Positions 18,059-28,901 of a stretch of DNA of 64,000 nt are shown in pieces. Under the pieces are notes generated by a model, which saw only the letters and a list, made by a program, of their open reading frames with translations, was not told the origin of the DNA and did not search any database. Position numbers and translations under genes: made by a program. The number at the start of each line of letters is the position of its first letter. Positions within the stretch are counted from its first letter, which is position 1. Source of the DNA: Ostreococcus lucimarinus (Eukaryota); assembly GCA_000092065.1 (NCBI GenBank), contig CP000588.1; one strand, 5' to 3'.

Positions 18059-19888
18059 TTACCAGTCGTCGTCGGAGTCGGAACCGAATGCGGCGTCGGC
18101 GGCGCCCGCGCCACCGCCAGAGGCGGCGGCGGGCGCGCTCACAATCATGTGCTTGAATTTGTCTTCCACGGCGATGGTGACGCCACCGTCGGTTTCAACG
18201 ACGGATGGTTCGACTGTACGACCTTCTCGCCACGCCTTGGCCTCTTCGCGTTCCTTGGCGCGTGCTTCCCGACCGGTGGCGAACGCGAACGCGTTGCCGG
18301 CTTCAAGCTCCAACAGCGCGCGCTTGATTTGAGCCACGATGAACGAGTCGCGGTCGGTGTAGAAAGAAGTGGAACGACCGGACATACCAGCGCGACCGGT
18401 ACGACCGATGCGGTGGACGTAATCTTCAAAGTTGCGCGGCAAATCGAGATTGACAACGTGCGCGACGCCCTTGACGTCCAAACCGCGAGCGGCGACGTCG
18501 GTGGCGACGAGTACGGAACATCGCCCCGTTTTGTAGTCGTGAAGCGCCGCCTCGCGTTCACCTTGAGAACGACCGCCGTGAAGCGCCGCGGCGGGGACGT
18601 TTTCTGCGTTCAAGAGTTCCGCGATTTCGTCCGCGCGATTCTTGCGTTCGACGAAAATAACCGTCATCGGCATGTCTTGACCGAGCTTCATCGCTTCGCG
18701 CTGCTCGCCTATCAACATAGTCACGAGTCTGTCCACCTTTTCCGCGTCCACGACTTTTTCCAAATGCTGCGACACGTTTGCCGTTGGTGCGCTCGTGGTG
18801 CCGACCTTCACCTTGACCGGCTTATGCAAGTAGTCGCTCGCGAGTGCCTCGACTTCGCTCGGCATCGTCGCGGAGAACAGCAACGTTTGATGAGGCTTGG
18901 GCAAATTCATCAATACCTCGCGAATTTGCGGCTCGAAACCCATGTCCAACATGCGATCGGCCTCGTCCAAAACGACGAAGGAGACGCGGCTGAGATTCGT
19001 GTTCCCTTGCTGCAAGTGATCAATCAATCGCCCCGGCGTGGCGACGACGATCTGCACACCACTTCGCAAAGCGCCTCGTTGTTCACTCATGTTCGTTCCG
19101 CCGACGATGATCGCCGTTCTGAACCCCTTGGAGCTTCTCGTAAACGTCTTTGCTTCGGCTTCAATTTGCTGCGCCAATTCTCTCGTCGGCGCCATAACGA
19201 TGGCGTACGGCCCATCCCCTTGCCTCAACGGCGCCTGATTCAACGCATGCTGAATCATCGGAATCGAAAACGCCGCCGTCTTCCCGCTCCCCGTCTCCGC
19301 GCATCCCAACACGTCGCGTCCGCTCAGGATCACCGGAATCGCCTGCGCCTGGATCGGCGACGGTTTATCGTACTCCCTGTATCGAATGTCCGCCATGATG
19401 TCCCGCACCAGCGTCATGTCCTCGAACGATTCGATCGCGCTCGGCACCGCCGCTTCGCCCTCCTCGATCTCCACCGTCACGCCCAATCGCTCGCGAATCT
19501 CCGTCGTCTGCGCCTCCGTCAGCGCCTCCACGCGCGCGCTCGGCCGCCACGTCGCGAACACCGGCGCGCGATCCATCCGCGCGCCGTCCGCGCGCGCCGA
19601 TCCCCCGCGATCGCCCGTCGGCGCCCGTCGATCGCCGTCGCGCGCGTCGCTCGCGCGTCGCGCGCCGTCCCACTCGCGCGCGCCTCCGCCGTCGCGCGGC
19701 GCGCCCGCCGCGCCCGCCGCGCCGTCGCTCGCGCCTCCGGCGCCGCGCAGGTGCGGGGGCACGTACCCCATGCTCGTCGCCGCGCGCGCGTCGTCGCGAG
19801 GCGTCGTCGTGTGCGGCGCGCGGGCGCGCGCGCGCGCCGGCGCCGCGCGATCGCTGCCCGGGTGTCCGACGTCTGACTGTTTACCCAT
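18059..19888 (-). CDS. DEAD-box ATP-dependent RNA helicase, DDX41/Abstrakt-like
   Basis: Motifs: Q PSPIQAQAIP, I AETGSGKT, Ia APTRELA, II VLDEADRM, III SAT, V LVATDVAARGLD, VI HRIGRTGRAG. ILSGRD and GPYAIV resemble DDX41. The plus-strand ORF 18047..19876 is the antisense artefact. Confidence 0.9.
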   Translation of the reverse strand: MGKQSDVGHPGSDRAAPARARARAPHTTTPRDDARAATSMGYVPPHLRGAGGASDGAAGAAGAPRDGGGAREWDGARRASDARDGDRRAPTGDRGGSARADGARMDRAPVFATWRPSARVEALTEAQTTEIRERLGVTVEIEEGEAAVPSAIESFEDMTLVRDIMADIRYREYDKPSPIQAQAIPVILSGRDVLGCAETGSGKTAAFSIPMIQHALNQAPLRQGDGPYAIVMAPTRELAQQIEAEAKTFTRSSKGFRTAIIVGGTNMSEQRGALRSGVQIVVATPGRLIDHLQQGNTNLSRVSFVVLDEADRMLDMGFEPQIREVLMNLPKPHQTLLFSATMPSEVEALASDYLHKPVKVKVGTTSAPTANVSQHLEKVVDAEKVDRLVTMLIGEQREAMKLGQDMPMTVIFVERKNRADEIAELLNAENVPAAALHGGRSQGEREAALHDYKTGRCSVLVATDVAARGLDVKGVAHVVNLDLPRNFEDYVHRIGRTGRAGMSGRSTSFYTDRDSFIVAQIKRALLELEAGNAFAFATGREARAKEREEAKAWREGRTVEPSVVETDGGVTIAVEDKFKHMIVSAPAAASGGGAGAADAAFGSDSDDDW

Positions 19889-20439
19889 ACGCGACCCGTG
19901 TGGAGTATGAAACCCCGTCCGTTACCGCGCACGTCGTCGCGCGCCGTCCCGGCGCGGCGTCGCGCGCGCGCCGCCTTTCACACGCGCGCGGCGAGCGACC
20001 ATGGCCAAGGGTGAACCGACGAGGTGCGCGCGAAATCTTCGACCGCGCGGCGCGCGACGCGACGGCGCGCGACGGCGCGCGCGCGCGTGGAGCGCGACGC
20101 GGAACGACGCGACGCGATCGCGGGTTAGGGCTTCGGTCGCGCGATGTCGACGCCGAGGGGACGCGCGCGACGCGCGCGCGCGGTCGAACGCGGCGTCGAA
20201 CGATCGAGGGGTATCGCGCGCGCGTTCGAGAGCGTCGGAAAGGGGGAGAACGCGCGCGCGCGCGGAGGTTGGGGGCGGATGACGGTGACGATGGGCGCGC
20301 GCGAGCCCTAACGACGATGGGCGCGCGGGGCGACGACGACGCGCGGGGGGGGCGCGCGGGAATCCGGACGGGTGGTGCGATGCGGAATGTTTGCGAACGC
20401 GACGACTGACGAACGACGCGCTCGGCGAATCGCGATAGA

Positions 20440-20745
20440 TTGTATGTGCGAGGGTTGATTTTGGGGTACAAGCGCGCGCGCACGAACCAATACAACCACA
20501 CGTCGCTCATTAAGCTCGAGGGCGTGTCTGACGCCCCGTCGACGGCGTTCTACGGTGGTAAGAAGTTGTGCTATGTGTACAAGGCGAAGACGAAGAAGCA
20601 AGGGACGGCGTACCGCACGATTTGGGGCAAGGTGATGCGGGCGCACGGAACGAGCGGCGTCGTTCGCGCGAAGTTCAAGTCGCATTTGCCGTCGAACTCC
20701 ATCGGTGGTAAGGTGCGATGCATGCTTTACCCGTCGAACATTTAA
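20440..20745 (+). CDS. RPL35A: 60S ribosomal protein L35a (eL33); the first few N-terminal codons are probably on an upstream exon
   Basis: [29 protein letters not shown]...[17 protein letters not shown] is the L35Ae signature. The ORF has no in-frame ATG (it starts at TTG) and AG at 20437-38 is a candidate acceptor. Confidence 0.8.
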   Translation: MYVRGLILGYKRARTNQYNHTSLIKLEGVSDAPSTAFYGGKKLCYVYKAKTKKQGTAYRTIWGKVMRAHGTSGVVRAKFKSHLPSNSIGGKVRCMLYPSNI

Positions 20746-20882
20746 GCGACTTCGAACGTGGACTTTAGAGTCGGACTAGAACACAGAATCGACGCGGTGT
20801 AATTTGAAAACGTTTCGTCGAGTCGTCTTTCGTCGCATCGTCGACAACCCGCTAGCGCTAGTGGTATTTCTCTAACTCGTCA

Positions 20883-21845
20883 TCAATACGCGCGTTTGAA
20901 CGCGTGCCAGGCGATGGCGCCTTGCGTCAAGAGCGGGGCGCCGCCCTTGGCGACGGCTTCGTCGAAAACGTCGAAATCTCTCGCCTCGAGCGCGTCTAAA
21001 TACCTCCCAACGGGGACCGCTTGCAGAAGGAACGGCTTGGCGTCGTCGGGAACTCTGCTCGCCATCGCGCGCGCGCTATCTAAATGCCCCTTGGCCGCGC
21101 TCGCGACTTCGTGCGCGACGTTACGCACGCCCTCGCTCGGCTCCATGCGATAGACGCTCTCGGTGCTCACCCCGTGCCGCGCGCACGCGTCGCTCGGTAA
21201 GTAACATCGACGCTGTTTCGCGTGCGCCACGGTACCGCGCAATAACGCACTTAGTCCTATCGCTTGCCCTAAGTGACTCACCGCGTGATCCGCGTCCGCA
21301 TTCCTGACTCCGCACGCGTCGAGCGCGAGCGTCAACGCGCTCCCGTGCGCGTCGCTCGCATACCGCTCTAGATCTGCAATCGTCCGCGGCGGTCCATCCG
21401 AGCGCGCGTCCGCGATCCTCGCCTCAATCATTCGTCGCATCCAAGTTCTCGCGCGCGCGTTCGGCTCGTTTCCCAGCGCTGCGAGCGTTGCGAGCGCCAC
21501 CGGGTGACCCGCCCGTGTCCCGGCGCTCCCCGCCGTCATCGTCTCTCGCCACCACATCAACCGCGCCACCGCCGCGTCGACGGATTCCGCGTTCCCGACC
21601 ACCGAACCGGTCTCCGCGTTCAGCGCGCGCACGGCGAACGCCGCGGGCGCGCTCGCGCGGGGCAGGGCGAGCGTGCAGAGATAGGTTTCGTAGTCTCTCG
21701 CGCGAACGATTTCGACGCAGTGACGAAACGCGGCGCGCAGATCGTCCGTGGACGCGCTCGTCGACGCGCTCGCGCGTGAGATTCGCCCGCGCTCGCTCGC
21801 GACGCGCGCCGCGACGCGAGCGATCGAGGACGGATTCGGAGCCAT
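20883..21845 (-). CDS. NDUFAF6: NDUFAF6-like protein (squalene/phytoene-synthase fold; complex I assembly factor 6 homologue)
   Basis: CVEIVRARDYETYLCTLALP...FAVRALNAETGSV parallels NDUFAF6 LVRKRDYEGFLCSLLLP...FALRAFNVEL. Confidence 0.6.
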   Translation of the reverse strand: MAPNPSSIARVAARVASERGRISRASASTSASTDDLRAAFRHCVEIVRARDYETYLCTLALPRASAPAAFAVRALNAETGSVVGNAESVDAAVARLMWWRETMTAGSAGTRAGHPVALATLAALGNEPNARARTWMRRMIEARIADARSDGPPRTIADLERYASDAHGSALTLALDACGVRNADADHAVSHLGQAIGLSALLRGTVAHAKQRRCYLPSDACARHGVSTESVYRMEPSEGVRNVAHEVASAAKGHLDSARAMASRVPDDAKPFLLQAVPVGRYLDALEARDFDVFDEAVAKGGAPLLTQGAIAWHAFKRAY

Positions 21846-21903
21846 GCGGCGCGGAATGAGGACAGTTGAACGCCGGCGCGCGCATCTCGGCGCGCGCGTT
21901 CGA

Positions 21904-24510
21904 TTACAACTCAGCGTCGAGCGAGGCTAAAACATCGCGAATGGCGTCCACATCGGGATGGTCCGGGCCTAAAATATTCGTCTGAAGCTCCAACGCGCGC
22001 TGGAGCAGAGGACGGCCGAGATTGTTGTCCTCGCGGTCGAGGTGGCAAATAGCGAGATCCGTGAGCGTCTGCACCGTCTCGGGATGCTCGGCGCCGAGGG
22101 TGGTCTCTTGAATCGACAGCGCGCGCTCGAACAGCGCTTGTGCTCGTTCAAAGTTCTCGTTTTCGCTGTAGAGTGTGGCTAGATCGTTCATGGCGGCGGC
22201 GACGTCTGGGTGGTCTTCTCCGTGCGCCTCGATGCGACGAGTGATTTCGCGTTCGAGCGTCGTCGCGCTGGCGGACATCTCGGGTGATATGTCGTCTCTC
22301 GGCACGCTCGGACTCGGCTGATTCCAATCATCACCGCGTCCACGACTCGGGGAAAACACAACACCGCCACGAGTGGATGCGGGACTGGACGCCGTCCACA
22401 TGGACTTGCTCGGCGATTTGCTCGCCCCAGAGTTTCTGCCGCGAATGTCATACGGGTCTTCGTTCTCATCGATCGCCGCTTCAATGACATCCTTGATCGC
22501 ACTCTTGAGCGTTCGCGGAAGGTAGGTGCGAACATTCGAACCAACGATGTCTACGCACGCCAAAACAACCTTCATGGCCACGCCTCTCGCCTCACCGTTG
22601 GCGCTGTCGAAGCACTTCGTCGCAAACTTCATGACTTGTTCCAACGCGAATGAATTTTCCTTTTCTGGCGCATCCAATCCGTACGTTGGCACAAGCTCTA
22701 GAAGCAGAGTGAGCCTTCCAGTCAGCACTCGCCACAAGTTCAACTTTTGCACCGGTTTGCAAAGCGCATTCGCTAAGATATTCACTCCTCCTGGGGCGTC
22801 GCTTGCGAAGGCGTGCAGCGCCTCGCGAATGCTCTCGCGAAGTCTAGGATTGGTGTCGCCAAGTTTATCGACTAATAACGACATCGAGTCCCCGACCGCT
22901 TCGCGCACGTCCCGGGCGGAAACGAACTCAGCGTACGCCTTGGCCGCAGACGCAAGCGTGATCGCTGCCGCACACGTCACGTTAGCCACCTTGTCGTTGA
23001 ATAATCGATCGCCGAGCGTCTTGCACAACGTGTGAAACGTCTCGCGAGGCTCCGCTCCGACCACGGCAGAGGAGTCTGCGTTCTCCCACGCAGCGATAAG
23101 TCGCTTGTTGATGGCCTGCAACGCAGTCTCGCGGTGTAACCATGCTTGGCTGAAGAGCTTGACGATGACATCTTCCCCAAACGCCTCGATGATGGGCGCC
23201 GCGTTGACTTGCTCAGACGGCGACAGTGGCGCCAGCGGCGGAAGATCATCTTCCTCGCTCGACTTGACTGATTGCTTCGTCGCGCTCACGACTTTATCTT
23301 CGTGCTCTTGTTCGAAAAACGCGGCTGCTTCAGCCTCGAGCTCAGGAGGCACACGACGGCCAGCGGCCACCGCGGGGACCTCGTCGTTGCTCATACCGGC
23401 GGCACTCACGTCGTCTTCGCGAAAGGTGTTTGACTTGGTAATCTCGATTGGTTTCGGCCGGGGCGGATCTTTCGGCGCACTGCTCGCGACACTCATAGAT
23501 CGTTCGATGTCGTTTTCGTCGTGCTCGACGGCTTTCCCACCCGTCAAATCTCGCATAGCGTCGGCGTGTTTCGAACGAATCGGCACGTCGTCGAACGAAA
23601 ACGTGGCTCGCGCCGACGGCGCCGCGGCTACAGGTGACCCCAGAGGTGGCAACACTCGCACCTCTTCTGTCACCTGAGCGCTTGAGCTCGGTGACCGCAC
23701 GCTCGAACGCGGCGAAGACGCCGCGGTGAACGCATCGTCGTACCCATTCGATCGCATCTTGTCGATTTCAATCTTCAACCGTTTCGCCTCGTCGTAATCT
23801 TCTGCGTCCACGGCGCGCATTTTTTCTTCCTGTAACACCTTCACCTTCACCCCAAACTCACGAAGCTTCGCGATAACGTCACGCAAACGTTTCGCCTCGT
23901 CGTAATCTTCCGCATCAACCGCGTGTTCCTTGCGAACCATCACCTCTCGAATCTTCTCCGCCGTCAACGCGTCCACCTCCGTCGTCGCGTCCCCAGCCGC
24001 CGACATCACTCGATGACCCAGCAAAGGCGTGCGCGCCGTCACCGCCTCACTCGCGCTATCACGCTCGCTCACTTCCCCGATCAGCGTTAGCGCCATCAAT
24101 CCAATCTGTCGTCCATCGTTCCTCGCGTTTTCGTGACATCCCGGAAATTCCAACCGCACCTCCGTCGCCTCCTTGACGTTCACGTGCACCGTCTTCAACT
24201 CCCTCGCCTTGTACCCGCACTCCGCGTTGCTCTCAAATCTCAACGTCCCCAACTTCTTCACGCGTCCATCTTTCGTCGTCACGTGCACGTGCGCCGCGAT
24301 CGCAATCTTAGACTCGTGCGACAGCAACCGTAACTGCCTCAAGTCGCTCGCTCGCCGCAACCGCGCCGTCACGTACGCCGGAAATCCCGCGTTTCTCTCC
24401 GTGTACCACCCGCGCGCGCGTTCGCCATGTTTCACGTGAAGCTCCTCCGCGCGATGATTCGCGTCCTGCGCGCGCGAAGTCGTCAGTCCTTCGTTTCTTT
24501 CGGAAGTCAA
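21904..24510 (-). CDS. CEP104/FAP256-like ciliary-tip protein: N-terminal jelly-roll domain, UVR-like EDYDEAKRL repeats, TOG/HEAT domain, and C-terminal KLC-type TPRs
   Basis: N-term CGYKARELKTVHVNVKEATEVRLEFPGCHENARNDGRQIGLMALTLIGE resembles human CEP104 TGCKARELKSVYVDAVGQFLKLIFHQNHVN...VALVAINIIGD. The middle has HEAT-like repeats. The C-terminus has TPRs (ALFERALSIQETTLGAEHPETVQTL). Confidence 0.65.
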   Translation of the reverse strand: MTSERNEGLTTSRAQDANHRAEELHVKHGERARGWYTERNAGFPAYVTARLRRASDLRQLRLLSHESKIAIAAHVHVTTKDGRVKKLGTLRFESNAECGYKARELKTVHVNVKEATEVRLEFPGCHENARNDGRQIGLMALTLIGEVSERDSASEAVTARTPLLGHRVMSAAGDATTEVDALTAEKIREVMVRKEHAVDAEDYDEAKRLRDVIAKLREFGVKVKVLQEEKMRAVDAEDYDEAKRLKIEIDKMRSNGYDDAFTAASSPRSSVRSPSSSAQVTEEVRVLPPLGSPVAAAPSARATFSFDDVPIRSKHADAMRDLTGGKAVEHDENDIERSMSVASSAPKDPPRPKPIEITKSNTFREDDVSAAGMSNDEVPAVAAGRRVPPELEAEAAAFFEQEHEDKVVSATKQSVKSSEEDDLPPLAPLSPSEQVNAAPIIEAFGEDVIVKLFSQAWLHRETALQAINKRLIAAWENADSSAVVGAEPRETFHTLCKTLGDRLFNDKVANVTCAAAITLASAAKAYAEFVSARDVREAVGDSMSLLVDKLGDTNPRLRESIREALHAFASDAPGGVNILANALCKPVQKLNLWRVLTGRLTLLLELVPTYGLDAPEKENSFALEQVMKFATKCFDSANGEARGVAMKVVLACVDIVGSNVRTYLPRTLKSAIKDVIEAAIDENEDPYDIRGRNSGASKSPSKSMWTASSPASTRGGVVFSPSRGRGDDWNQPSPSVPRDDISPEMSASATTLEREITRRIEAHGEDHPDVAAAMNDLATLYSENENFERAQALFERALSIQETTLGAEHPETVQTLTDLAICHLDREDNNLGRPLLQRALELQTNILGPDHPDVDAIRDVLASLDAEL

Positions 24511-24771
24511 CGCGCGATTTCAAATTCATCGTAAATGTCGCGCGCGAATGCGTCGCGAACGCGGCGTGCGCGCGCGCGACGGCGACGAACCTCGGACGAG
24601 CGATCGACGATGGTGTACTCTAGCGCCCTGTCGCTCGGCGCGCCCGCCGCGGGCGCGCGGGCGGGCGCGCGGTGCGCGAGAGGCATGGTGTGACGGCGAG
24701 CGGGTCGCTCGGAGGGGCTGCTTCGGGACGCGCGTTGACCGCGGTTCGGATACGATTCGATTCGATGGAAA

Positions 24772-26790
24772 CTACGCGTCGTCGTCGGCGGCCTGACGCT
24801 TGAGCCAGTCCCAAGCGCGCGTGAAAGGATTGGCGTCGACGGCGTCCGCGATGGGAGCGATGGGCGCGGCGTCGTCGGCGGGCGCGGACGCGCGGCGAGG
24901 ATGGTGCGTGCGGCGAGCGCGAGCGTCTTCGCCGTAAAAGTCGGGGATGGAGTCGTCGTCGTCGGTATCGGTGCCGATGTCGGGAACGTGATGGGATGGT
25001 CGTGGACCGGGGGCGGTGGCGCCGGCGTCGTGGGCGTCGCGCTTGAACGCGTCGTCGTCTTCGTCGCCGTCGATGCCGAGGAAGTTGCGAACGGAGCGCC
25101 ATCCTCGGCGCGCGCCGGAGCGGACGTCTTGGGCGTGAAGAAACGCGCTCACGGCGTCTTCCTCGTCTTCGTCGTCGGAATCGCGATTGGAAGCATCGTG
25201 CTCGACCCAGGATTGTCCACCGGCTTTGACACGATCGTGAATCGCCTTCACCGCGGCTTGGTACGTTCCCGGAATGTGGTCGAGCATCATGTACGGGTCG
25301 AGGACGACGTCTGTGAACGCCGTGGGGTGTTTATACTCCGCAGTCGGTGCGTCTGAACGCACGTGCTTGAGGTGGATAACTCGTCCCGGTTGAACCATGA
25401 AATCGCTCGCCGCGTGATCACGAAGTTCGAGGCCGACGACGCCCTCTACCTCGCCCCAAGCGCCTTGGCATTTGCGCCGACTGTCCCCGCGCTTCTTAGG
25501 AGGCGACACCGACGCAGCTTTCGAGACGTCGCGCGCTCCAGCGCCACTTGCTAACTCACTATCTTTGCTAACGTTGTCTAAATCTTGCGCTACCTCGGTG
25601 ATTTCTTCCTCGGTCGCGCTCACTTCTCGCTCCAACGCCGGCCTGTCCCTGCCGCCGAGCACCGAGGATACGGCGCGCAACATCGCGTGCGACGGTGCGG
25701 CGTGGTTCAACCGACGTAATAGTCGGCGAACGGAAGCGTGACATAATCGCGGTATAACATCAGCGCCGGCGACGACGCACGTGATGTAATCGCTCGCCGC
25801 CTCGCTCAAGTCCATGCTGCTCACGCTCGGCGCCGCGATACACACGCACGTGCACGACGCCAGTCGTCGCAATATTTCTCTTCTCTCCTCCTCGACGACA
25901 TCGCTCAATCCCTCTAGCGCGAGCGACTCGATATCTTTATCCGTACTATGCATGAGCATCGCGACGCACGCGGCTACACCGCCGCCCATACTGTGACCGG
26001 TGACGAGAAACTCGTATCCCGAAAGCTTGCGCATCGAACGCGCCACGGCGGGAAGCATGCGCTTTAACACTTGCCACGCCGATGCCACCATCCCAGAGTG
26101 CGCCCAGCCGTTCAAGAACTTCACACTTTCGCTGCTCACGTCCGTTAACGCGTCGTGAAACTCCCACGTCCCGCGCACAGAAAGCACCACCTTGCCCGCG
26201 GCGCGATCGACGGCGACGAACGAGCTCGGCGAAAATTCCGTCCCACTCCACTCCGCATCCACCACATCTTTCGTCTCGATCTCGCAGCTCCTCGCGCATG
26301 CCTCCGTCGCTTTCGCGTGCATCGCTTCGTAATCCCCCATTCCGCGCGTTTCACCGCCGCCGCCCGCAGCCTTTAAACTCTTCAATTTGTCCCGAAACGA
26401 CGCGTCGCTCAGCACGCTCGACGCCGTCCCATACGCCCCGATCGCGTATTTCACCGCCACTCGCAGCGACGCGAGTTCAATTTCACCCGGGCTTTCGGGT
26501 TTCATCGTCTCATTCGGGTACAGCTCTCGCATCGTCCTCGTTCGATCGCGTTCCGCCTCGCGCTGCTCGCTCCACAGCACGAACCCAGCCATCGGGTCAA
26601 ACGTCGCCATCCCGACCACGCCCAGCGGCGCGAGCTCGCGCACGACGCCGCCGTAGACGACGCGCAGCGCGCGTTCGAGCTCGAGCCATCCCGCGGTGGG
26701 ATGCGCGCGCTTGGGCGCGCGCGCGGGCGTCGTTTCCGACGTCGTGACGTTCGCGCTGTCGCGCGCGCGCGGCGAATCGGCGTCGCGCAT
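24772..26790 (-). CDS. Class-3 lipase family alpha/beta-hydrolase (DAG-lipase-like)
   Basis: Lipase_3 nucleophile elbow LVTGHSMGGGVAACVA with surrounding fold; Asp-rich acidic C-terminus. Start may be internal. Confidence 0.7.
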   Translation of the reverse strand: MRDADSPRARDSANVTTSETTPARAPKRAHPTAGWLELERALRVVYGGVVRELAPLGVVGMATFDPMAGFVLWSEQREAERDRTRTMRELYPNETMKPESPGEIELASLRVAVKYAIGAYGTASSVLSDASFRDKLKSLKAAGGGGETRGMGDYEAMHAKATEACARSCEIETKDVVDAEWSGTEFSPSSFVAVDRAAGKVVLSVRGTWEFHDALTDVSSESVKFLNGWAHSGMVASAWQVLKRMLPAVARSMRKLSGYEFLVTGHSMGGGVAACVAMLMHSTDKDIESLALEGLSDVVEEERREILRRLASCTCVCIAAPSVSSMDLSEAASDYITCVVAGADVIPRLCHASVRRLLRRLNHAAPSHAMLRAVSSVLGGRDRPALEREVSATEEEITEVAQDLDNVSKDSELASGAGARDVSKAASVSPPKKRGDSRRKCQGAWGEVEGVVGLELRDHAASDFMVQPGRVIHLKHVRSDAPTAEYKHPTAFTDVVLDPYMMLDHIPGTYQAAVKAIHDRVKAGGQSWVEHDASNRDSDDEDEEDAVSAFLHAQDVRSGARRGWRSVRNFLGIDGDEDDDAFKRDAHDAGATAPGPRPSHHVPDIGTDTDDDDSIPDFYGEDARARRTHHPRRASAPADDAAPIAPIADAVDANPFTRAWDWLKRQAADDDA

Positions 26791-26926
26791 GCGCTCAGCG
26801 GGACTCGCGACGCATCGAGACGCGCGCGATGCGTCGGCGCTTTCGTTCGGGTCGGTGTCGGGGCGCGCGCGCGGGGCGCGGTGAAGTGCGGCGCGCGTTT
26901 ACTCTTGACGTCGAATTCGCCGAGCG

Positions 26927-28306
26927 TCACGCGGCGAAGGCGACGGCGAAGGCGACGAAAGCGTCGCCGCCGTCGTCCGCCGCGCGTCTTCTAGGACCTA
27001 CGCTAATGCTATGGTGTTTGGCCGTCGTTGGTAACGCGCACGGGTGCTTGATGCCGAACCTGAGCTCGAGCGCGCCGCGAGGCCGGAGTCGCGCGTCGAC
27101 GACGCACTCGGCGGGCGACAGCTCGAGGGCGAGACGGGATTTTCCGTCTCGAGAGAGCTTGAGGGCGTACTTCGTGAGCGGTACGGAGGCCTTGATGATG
27201 GCTTTGATCGTGGTCGTCGAGGACGCGGGCTTGAAATCACGACCGAGCTCGAGGTCGACGCCGTGGGTGCCGCCGCGAAATTTCGTGCGCGCCGCGACTT
27301 GCGCGCGCGATTCCCCGAGACGAGTTCGAGCGACGACGCGCAGTGCGTGCGCGTCGAGCGCGTTCGACGTCGCTCTTAAGTTTAAATCAAGCGCTCGCGC
27401 GTTCGACGGCGGCTTCGAGTGCGCCGTAAACGTGAGGCGAGGCGACGGCTTGGCCAAGTTTCTCGCAAACGCAAACTTGGCGCTCGACGTTCGCGCGGTC
27501 GGTGGCTCGTCGTCTTTGCGCGCCTTCGCTTCGCCCGACTTCTCCACGTCGTCGTCTTCAGCGCCGTGTAACATTTTAAACGCGTCAAACGGCTTCACCG
27601 GCGTGCCGATGGACCACGACTGCGACGTCGGCGCGGCGAAGCCCGAATCCAGCCGCGTCGTCACGCTTTGCCGAAACTCCAACCCAAAATCCCTGTGCAC
27701 GCTCCCGAGCTCCAATTCCGCCTCTCTCGTCAGCGAATGCGCGCTCACCGTCGCGTGAAACGCGCGAAACTCGGCAGAATCGCCGTCGTCCCTCCCCATT
27801 CTCCGCTCCGCGTCGCCCTGCGCGTCCCACCTCGCCTCGCTCGGACACCTCCCGCCCGCCTCCGCGTCGCTCCACACCCGCACCACCCCCCGCGTCCCGC
27901 GCTCGAGCGCCCGCGTCACCGTCACCGCGAACGCCGCGTCCGATCTCTTTCCCGCGCTCTTCTTCCCCCTCGCGCCCTCGCGCGCGTCGTCGTCGTCGTC
28001 GCCGTCGTCTCGCGCGCGTCCCGCGTCTCGCGCGCGTCCCTTCCCCCCTCCCACCGCCCACGCCGGCGCGTACCGCGCCGTCGTCACCGCGCCCCTCGCG
28101 TCGTCGCCCTCGTCGACGTTCGCGCCTCTCGCGTCGCACCGCACCCGCGTCGTCGCCCCTCGCGTCGTCGTCGTCGTCGTCGTCGTCCCGCCGTCGTCTC
28201 CCCGCGCGTCGTCTTCGCGCGTCGCGTCGTCGTCCGGGACGCGCGTCGTCGTCGTATAGGACGCGAACGCGCGCGCGTCGTCGCGCGCACGACGCGCGCC
28301 GGCCAT
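26927..28306 (-). CDS. Hypothetical protein; C-terminal half has alternating hydrophobic/polar beta-strand-like periodicity (possible beta-barrel), N-terminus low-complexity (T/D/R-rich)
   Basis: Protein-like composition, in contrast to the Arg-rich overlapping plus ORF 26829..27758. No family recognised. Confidence 0.4.
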   Translation of the reverse strand: MAGARRARDDARAFASYTTTTRVPDDDATREDDARGDDGGTTTTTTTTRGATTRVRCDARGANVDEGDDARGAVTTARYAPAWAVGGGKGRARDAGRARDDGDDDDDAREGARGKKSAGKRSDAAFAVTVTRALERGTRGVVRVWSDAEAGGRCPSEARWDAQGDAERRMGRDDGDSAEFRAFHATVSAHSLTREAELELGSVHRDFGLEFRQSVTTRLDSGFAAPTSQSWSIGTPVKPFDAFKMLHGAEDDDVEKSGEAKARKDDEPPTARTSSAKFAFARNLAKPSPRLTFTAHSKPPSNARALDLNLRATSNALDAHALRVVARTRLGESRAQVAARTKFRGGTHGVDLELGRDFKPASSTTTIKAIIKASVPLTKYALKLSRDGKSRLALELSPAECVVDARLRPRGALELRFGIKHPCALPTTAKHHSISVGPRRRAADDGGDAFVAFAVAFAA

Positions 28307-28632
28307 CGCGCCGTCGTCGGCGCGTCACCGCGCCGCGCGCGTCGCGACGGTTGGCGTCTGCGGGCCGCGACGCACGAAAACCCATAACAGTGCCGACAAT
28401 CCCGCGGCGACCGACCGACCGCCTCGACCCGTCGCGTCCCCGACGCGCGCGCGTATACATACATGTACTACTTGTATACGTGAGATATTTCATACATCGC
28501 GTGCATCGAACGGTATGTTTCAATCACGATCGCGGCGTCACGGAAAGCACCGCCATCGGCGACGCGCGCGGTCGTCCGATCGCGCGATCGCGCGTCGGCG
28601 TTATTATGTATGATGGCCCCGATCGCATGTTA

Positions 28633-28654
28633 TATACGTGAGATCTCACGTATA
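28633..28654. promoter_or_regulatory. Perfect 22-bp palindrome TATACGTGAGATCTCACGTATA (two inverted ACGTG half-sites) in a 670-bp bidirectional promoter; the half-site recurs at 28476..28487
   Basis: Seen directly. A related GC palindrome CGCGAGATCTCGCG lies at 28687..28700. Confidence 0.45.
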
Positions 28655-28901
28655 CAATACATAGCCGCGAAACGATCGGCCGAACGCGCGAGATCTCGCG
28701 CGCGCCGCGAAACGATTGGTCGACCGACGAGCAAAGAGAGGGTTTGCGCGCGCCGCGCGCGAGACGCGCGCGCGCGGTCGCGCGAATCCCGCGTCGGCGC
28801 GCAGCGGGCGATCGCGAGCGCGCGCGGCGTCGCGGCGCGCGAACGCCGCGCGAACACCGCGCGAGACCGCGAATACCGCGTCGTGTCGTCGCGCGCGCGC
28901 G

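Noticed and set aside
18047-19876. 609-aa plus-strand ORF exactly antisense to the DEAD-box helicase
   Set aside because: Arg/Ala/Gly-rich low-complexity translation with no motifs, whereas the minus strand carries every DEAD-box motif. This is the typical high-GC antisense ORF artefact.
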